A stretch of 62,741 nucleotides of DNA, filler included, from Stramenopiles sp. TOSAG23-2 (Eukaryota), in the NCBI GenBank assembly GCA_900128395.1. It is 8 parts of 8 records of this genome, joined end to end, with 100 filler letters (N's around TTAATTAATTAA, not from the genome) between each part and the next. Parts side by side here need not be neighbours in the genome. Positions count along the whole stretch, not along the records: positions 56,281 to 57,822 come from LT652709.1; positions 57,923 to 59,462 come from LT652711.1; positions 59,563 to 61,102 come from LT652712.1; positions 61,203 to 62,741 come from LT652713.1; 4 more parts are not named here. One strand, written 5' to 3'. Of this stretch, positions 56,281 through 62,741 are shown in pieces (the stretch's first letter is position 1; every line of letters starts with the position of its first letter). Position numbers and translations under genes: made by a program. The notes under the pieces are model-generated. The model worked only from the letters and a program-made list of their open reading frames with translations. It did not search any database and was not told where the DNA came from.

Positions 56281-57822
56281 ATAACATTGATGATATAATT
56301 TATTTTCCGAGGGTAATAAAAGCACCAATTATATCAAACAGGACTTTGAAAGTGCTCGTTCCAAATGGTGTTACGGAGAACATTCCTGTAAATTGCAACA
56401 AATCGCCACAAATTTGCGAAAAAAAAATGGTGAAAATACGTAGTTTGAAAGATTATGCGGAGTTAGGAACATATTCGTATGTTTTATGCATTAATGAAAA
56501 TATGGTGTGGCAAACACTTCTAGCTGGCGCAATTCCAGTTTTGGTAATGAAGGAAAGTAGATTTAATAAAAATGGCCTTGATTTACCAATTGTGCTCATT
56601 GAATTTATAGAAAATTTAAATCGCTTGGATATAAAGACGCTAAAGCAAATAAGAAAAAGTCTGATTCCATATTTCATTAATGTGGCTAAACGTCAAAAAA
56701 TAGTGGAGTATATGCTTGTGGATTACTGGTGGAATCAAATCCATAATACTATTCACCAAATTCATTCACGCCCATTGCAACATTATAGCGGAACTTCGCA
56801 TGTATACATTGACTTTAAAAACGAATTCGTTATCAAAATAGGTAAACGATTTAATGCATTCACTCCTATTAGCCGAGAAATTTGTATACTCAAGAAATTA
56901 CGAAATTACGATTGGTGTCCAAAGATAATTTCTTATGGCAGAAATTTTATTGTGACAAAGTGGGCCGGGGTTCCTTTAAGACAGTACAATATCCCAAAAG
57001 ATTTTGATTCACAAATCAGACGCATTTTACACGATTTAAAGGAAGCTGGTGTACAACATAATGACATTACCAAACGAAAGAATGAAATTGATATGTTAGT
57101 CAATGAAAAACGTCATTTAATGCTGGTCGACTTCGGTTGGGCCACAGTTTCATATAATTCNNNNNNNNNNNNNNNNNNNNNNNNNNNNNNNNNNNNNNNN
57201 NNNNNNNNNNNNNNCGATCATATTCTTGTAGTGATGTGGGAGTTGAGAGAGTTTCAAATTTTGCACCGTCGTGGTTTTTACCGACAGAAGATAGGCACGT
57301 GATTAGTGTTTTAAGAACACTCGCCAAGGGTGGTAGTATTTCCCGTTACATGGATCCACACAGAAACACCGGTTCCCAAAGCGAGATCCCACAATTACTG
57401 CTGTCATCTAACAGCTTGAGCGTTCGTGGTTACCAGAGATTTTCACTTACAACTGATGGAAGACTGGTCATTGAAAAGAAAAAAGAAAAGTTCCATATCA
57501 TTCTTCATGTTCTTAAATCGCTGCACGAGACGCATAAATGCAGCACATTTCTTGATATAGGTTGCAATGCAGGTTTAACATCATTTATTGCAAAGCGAAA
57601 TGGGTACAGCAAGCGTGTCATAGGTTTGGATCACGACTATGAATATGTAGAGATGTACAACCGGATAGTTGCTCGGGAAAATATGTTAAGAATTCGTGCG
57701 GAATTATTTTCATTTGGAGATCCGTTGCCGTTAAAGTACAGAAGTGACGTTGTCTTTGTCGGGGCTTTGATTCATTGGATTTATACATGCACGGCAAAAT
57801 TCAAAAACTTTGCGAATATATT
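56281..57822 (+). CDS. Partial multidomain ORF: exostosin-like C-terminal motif, small-molecule-kinase-like domain and class I methyltransferase
   Basis: YSYVLC..WQTLLAGAIPV; VIK..REICILKKL..HNDI..LVDFGWA; FLDIGCNAG..GLDHD..VGALIHW. An N gap at 57161-57213 separates the kinase and methyltransferase frames. Confidence 0.6.
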
Positions 57823-58196
57823 NNNNNNNNNNNNNNNNNNNNNNNNNNNNNNNNNNNNNNNNNNNNTTAATTAATTAANNNNNNNNNNNNNNNNNNNNNN
57901 NNNNNNNNNNNNNNNNNNNNNNCACCACTGTTAAGAAAGAAACTATAAAGAATGTTAATGTCGTATAGATTGTAAGAAATGCTTGCACATCTTCTATATA
58001 CAGCATGTCGTCTTCAATTCTATCATCTATCTATATCTTTCTATAATCGAAAAATTATTAATTTTTTCTTCATGCTGAAAACCAATCATCAAGATAGGAA
58101 TAGCATTAGGAAAAAAAGATATTGGTTTTGGTTTTTTCGCTCATCCTTTCTTTTTTAGACTATAATATTATATCTTTGCACAATTCTATATTATAG

Positions 58197-58405
58197 CAGG
58201 CAAACCGATCAATGGCAAAGTTGCTGTTTTTGAGGTTTGTTCAAAAGATGTAGATTCCAAAATAAAGGTAGGAATGTATTTGAATAAAATAAATCATATA
58301 CAAGTTCCATATATGATATATGAGCATCAATATAAAGAAGTGATAGATCAACTCAAGAAATTTAGAACGAAGGGTAATTTAGTTATTACCTTTGATTTAC
58401 CCTAA
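58197..58405 (+). CDS. Terminal exon encoding a PDZ-like fragment
   Basis: After TTATAG the frame reads GKPINGKVAVFEVCSKDVDSKIKVGMYLNKINH..YKEVIDQLKK..LVITFDLP*. Confidence 0.4.
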
Positions 58406-58620
58406 AAGACGGGGGAGAGTTAAAAAATGCGGCAAAATGATGTACGAATCGTACTACGAAATGTATTTTTTATAAAATTTTTTTAGAGAGAGAGTGTTTT
58501 TTTCTTTTTAAATTCCATTCGTACAGTTTTAAATTCGAATATTATTATTTTTTAAATTATAACATGTTACACACACTTTCATGTGGTGTTTTAAATAAAT
58601 CTCTCTCTCTTTTCTGACGG

Positions 58621-58895
58621 TCATATTTTTACAACGCAAGTGCAACTGTTTATCGATTTTGCAGTCGAATCACATTTTAAATTATAAATATCACCCGAGA
58701 CAGTCACTCTGTAATTGGCATGATGCCCATGCCCTGTTTTTGTGCACCCATGACCATAAAACCCATCGCTACACATGCATGTGCCACCGTTATGGCAATA
58801 TGCTGCATCATTATCTCCCCCTTCGTACATTTGTTTTTGTGGTGGTCCATCTGAATCATTTTCATCCACACCATTATAACGACAGTCTTCATGCG
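58621..58895 (-). CDS. EGF-like motif-containing fragment
   Basis: YCHNGGTCMCSDGFYGHGC; no clear start codon. Confidence 0.4.
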
Positions 58896-59365
58896 TACGC
58901 TGTCCTTACCAACTGTTAAAGGATAAAGTGAGAGGCTTGGTTAGAACACTTTGGGATTGATTGGATGAAATCACAAGAAAATAACATATCAGTTTCTGAT
59001 ACTACAAACAATACTAATGGAAATTCAAACAATACACAGCCAACATACCAGCTGTATGATAAACAACAACAAATATATACATATATACAGTAGGTACAAT
59101 TAGGAAAACAAATACCACGGGAGAGATGTGGTCAATTTTCATGGTGTTCCAATTAGGGTTATATCTCAGCTCAGGATGATGACGCATCCATCTCAAAAAA
59201 TATATACACACCACACAAAATACACAAATACAAAAATGTATCTATCATTGTGACAAATCATAACAGCACATATCAATTATCAATATTATATAACAACAAT
59301 ATTTACAAAGCTTAACAACAACAACAGTAGCCGTCCTATATTTTTAAACAAATTATTTTTTAACT

Positions 59366-59462
59366 ATGTCAAAACCAAGTACACTTGCATCTATTGGTCT
59401 AGGTGGCAGTGCAGCTGTCATAACATGTAATTTTACACATCCAATAGAATTAGTTAAAGTTA
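59366..59462 (+). CDS. Mitochondrial carrier family protein, 5' fragment
   Basis: MSKPSTLASIGLGGSAAVITCNFTHPIELVKV contains the Px[DE]xx[KR] signature; cut by the contig end. Confidence 0.8.
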
Positions 59463-60715
59463 NNNNNNNNNNNNNNNNNNNNNNNNNNNNNNNNNNNNNN
59501 NNNNNNTTAATTAATTAANNNNNNNNNNNNNNNNNNNNNNNNNNNNNNNNNNNNNNNNNNNNAATGTGTATGGTATATACCACCCTGGTAGATACAAATT
59601 GTTTTTTTTTTGTTTTTTCTTACCAAGGATATATAAATACGATGGGAATACAATGGCGATCGGAACCTTCTGAGCGTATTCATCAAAGGTTTCTGGATAT
59701 GGGTGAATTTTTAATAAATTTCTGGCTGATTTTTATTAATTCTGGTCAAAAACTCAGGCGGTAAAATCATTTATCTCTATTCCTGAAATATCAATTTACA
59801 TATTTATCAACATAAAAATATCCATAAAAAAGGTGCAAAATATTTTTTTTTCAAAAAAGGAGCAATTAACTAGGAAGCTATGCTAAGTAGTATACGCAAA
59901 ATGTATGAAATATATTATTTCATGAAAAAAATAACACTAATCATAATGGAGGAAGGTTCCCAATTTGATCAGAGTATCTCCAGCTCTCATCTCATGATGT
60001 TGCTCATCATCATCAATTTATTTATTATTATTACTACTCATAAATACATACATGTATGTTATTTTAAATTCAATATAATAATATAAATAATAATTTATAA
60101 TTCTTCGATCAGAGTATTTTAGAGGCGAAGAGGCCTATACACTCTGTACATATATATATACATATATGGATATGATCTTCCAGCAGATAATAAATGTCGA
60201 TCGATCAATGGTATGGAGATGGTAATAAAAATGGCTTTCATCATTGATTTCATTGTTGGTCTTTTTGGTTGCTTTTCTCCTCTCGTCTCACGAAATGTTG
60301 GCCTTTCTTCATGCTATATGTATATATTCTAATTGGTCAAAAATCGACGTAAAACCTTAAAATTACCGTACTTCACAGAAATGTTGTATGATTTTTACCT
60401 ATTTATCTAATTTAGTATGATAAGTATAAATAAAATCTGATATTATATTTATATATTAATCTGTGGCATATATTATCCTCTGCACCTCTCTCAATTTTTC
60501 TTATAGGATTATTAATTATTAATTATGGTCGTCAAAAATCTAGCGAAAAGAGAAACCAATATATATGTGTATGAATTACGAATTACGAATCGTAATACCC
60601 ACCCGGTGCTCCCGTGCTATGATTATATTATTGATTTTAGGTGATAAGCCCACACTTACACACACACTTATCAGGATAGTATTTAATTAATTATTAAAAT
60701 TCTCATTTTCTTGTT

Positions 60716-60943
60716 TTATACGATAACATCCAAAAGGTATCTGCATGTGTTTGTTTCATGATACCGCAATATGCCACGCCTTTTCAATTCTTTTCTTTGC
60801 AATGCTCCATGATCTTTCATTAATTTGATAATATCCCATTTAAGCTCACTTTTATTCTTATAAATTGCGTTATCTAAAGGTGTTTTCCCAGCATTATCAG
60901 TTGCATTAATGACCTTTTTGTCCTTCAGATTTTTTAAAGTTAT
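60716..60943 (-). pseudogene. Ankyrin-repeat C-terminal fragment
   Basis: Reads VINATDNAGKTPLDNAIYK..DIIKLMKDHGA; no upstream repeats or start codon identified. Confidence 0.55.
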
Positions 60944-61667
60944 GCTCGCTGGGCTCGCGCAGAGTGGTCAAGTGCAGGTCCAATATTTAAGGTTTTATTT
61001 TGTACGCAGACGACTATCAGGGTGGGTGGGATCTGGATCTTAGCACCTTCCTATAGGGGTGCAAAAACCTGGTCCATCGTATTCACCTGCTATAGTGGAA
61101 AANNNNNNNNNNNNNNNNNNNNNNNNNNNNNNNNNNNNNNNNNNNNTTAATTAATTAANNNNNNNNNNNNNNNNNNNNNNNNNNNNNNNNNNNNNNNNNN
61201 NNTGTTTCAAAAAAAAAAAAATAGAATATTTTTTGTTTCTTCTTGTTTTTTGTATTACTAATATATATATATATGTTAATTGAATGCTTTAATCTTTCCC
61301 TTTGATAATATAAAAATGATCAATATCATCCAAATTCTTATTTATATATATATATATATATTTATGATTCTCGTTTCTATTACCAATAAAAGATAGTTCC
61401 CATCCTATCTTAATTAAGGACAATGTTAAATGTCACTATTTTATAATATACGGTGGTAATAATACGTATATAGTAATTATTCTTAATTTATAAACTAGAT
61501 ATAAATATAATATCCTTAAACTATACATTTAACATTGTCATATCATTGTAATTGTGGAGAATGAGATCAAAAAAATTCCTCAATCAATTTTATATTTCCC
61601 TATCAAAAACCAGGTAAGTTATACGTGAAAGGGGAATTAGAATACTAGAATTACAGATCCATAGAAG

Positions 61668-62118
61668 TAAATAGCAGGTAAATAGCATTATAACATGGGA
61701 ATAGCATTATATACGAAAAACTACATATAAGGTGTTTTTATGCGAAGATTCGATATTTTGAGTATATACACGAATGGTCTGGTAACCTTAATCCAATAGA
61801 GTTAGAGTCAATAGTGTGTATTGTTATTTTAAAATAGCATGTAAATAGCACTATAATATAGGAATAGCATAATATACGAAAAACTACATATAAGGTGTTT
61901 TTATGCGAAGATTCGATATTTTGAGTATATACACGAATGGTCTGGTAACCTTAATCCAATAGAGTTAGAGTCAATAGTGTGTATTGTTATTTTAAAATAG
62001 CATGTAAATAGCACTATAATATAGGAATAGCATAATATACGAAAAACTACATATAAGGTGTTTTTATGCGAAGATTCGATATTTTGAGTATATACACGAA
62101 TGGTCAGGTAACCTTAAT
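61668..62118. repeat. 163-bp tandem repeat, ~2.75 copies
   Basis: GGAATAGCA..TACGAAAAACTAC recurs at 61698, 61861 and 62024; the outer ends are slightly diverged. Confidence 0.9.
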
Positions 62119-62741
62119 TAAACTTGTTTTTTCAAAATAGAAACGTTGGGGCGTTGGGGACTGTTTTTATGATTTTGGTGTGCGAAAATCCCAGGATTTG
62201 TATAAAAATAGCAGGCGCACACCATTGTACCCTCCACCAAAATCGATCATTTTTTAATATTTTATTCGGATTGCTGTTGGGTGTGTGTAAATATATGTAG
62301 CTGATGCAAGAGTGTGTGTGTGTGTGTGAAAAGTAAATTCTCTTATAATATAAAAAAGTAGGTACCAATCATCCTTTCTACAGATAAAGAATTGTACATT
62401 GGTTGTGACTTTGGATAATAGTTTATACTTTCAGTCATATATATATTTAATATTATTTTTGTTTTTTTTTAATTACCCCGTAGTAGAGTAATAATCAACA
62501 TTTTGGTGTGGTGAATATATTGGAAAAAAATAATCATAGAAGAAACGGCTGCTGTTATATAATTATAATATATTATAAAAAAATAACATTACATTCTTCC
62601 CATTCCCTTTTCGACACACAGACACGCGAAGAATTAAAAAACGGCAACGCAATATGTCAAAACGTAGTTCGAAATCCTCCAACGGTTTCAATTCAGAAAT
62701 GTTTCCAGATTTACATTTAAAAATGTCGAAAAAAATTGCAA

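Noticed and set aside
61668..62118. Possible CRISPR array
   Set aside because: Units are 163 bp with no unique spacers, no cas genes are present, and the context is eukaryotic.

Overview
AT-rich, gene-dense, intron-poor eukaryotic DNA from a flagellated protist (BBS5, IFT80 and WDR47 are present; a stramenopile-like origin is inference only). The window is not one locus. It is eight contigs joined by artificial 100-bp spacers (44 N + TTAATTAATTAA + 44 N): two of ~26 kb (1-26473, 26574-52895) and six of ~1.54 kb. Recognisable genes include a METTL13-type methyltransferase, a Sec7-PH Arf-GEF, a class II HDAC, an RI-like LRR protein, a peroxisomal SDR, an ABCC transporter, WDR47, BBS5, a HIT-like protein, a C2/WW/IQ/ankyrin protein, U2A', IFT80, a DNAJC25-like protein, a prolyl 4-hydroxylase, two glycosidase-like secreted proteins and an MFS transporter. 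Many ORFs are damaged by 90-183-bp near-exact tandem duplications and head-to-head junctions that look like assembly or whole-genome-amplification artefacts. The most interesting signals are: (1) a secreted precursor carrying three CxxC...CxxxC peptides separated by RRL sites and acidic spacers; (2) an LRR array whose variation is concentrated in the solvent-exposed beta-strand codons; (3) a STIM-like (EF-SAM-FN3)x2 protein; (4) a methyltransferase fused to a CysRS anticodon-binding-like domain; (5) an exostosin-like/kinase/methyltransferase ORF; (6) a TACGA..TCGTA motif that recurs at gene 3' ends; and (7) several hairpin or foldback elements, one family of which occurs on two contigs. All homology calls come from motif recognition by eye; no searches were run.
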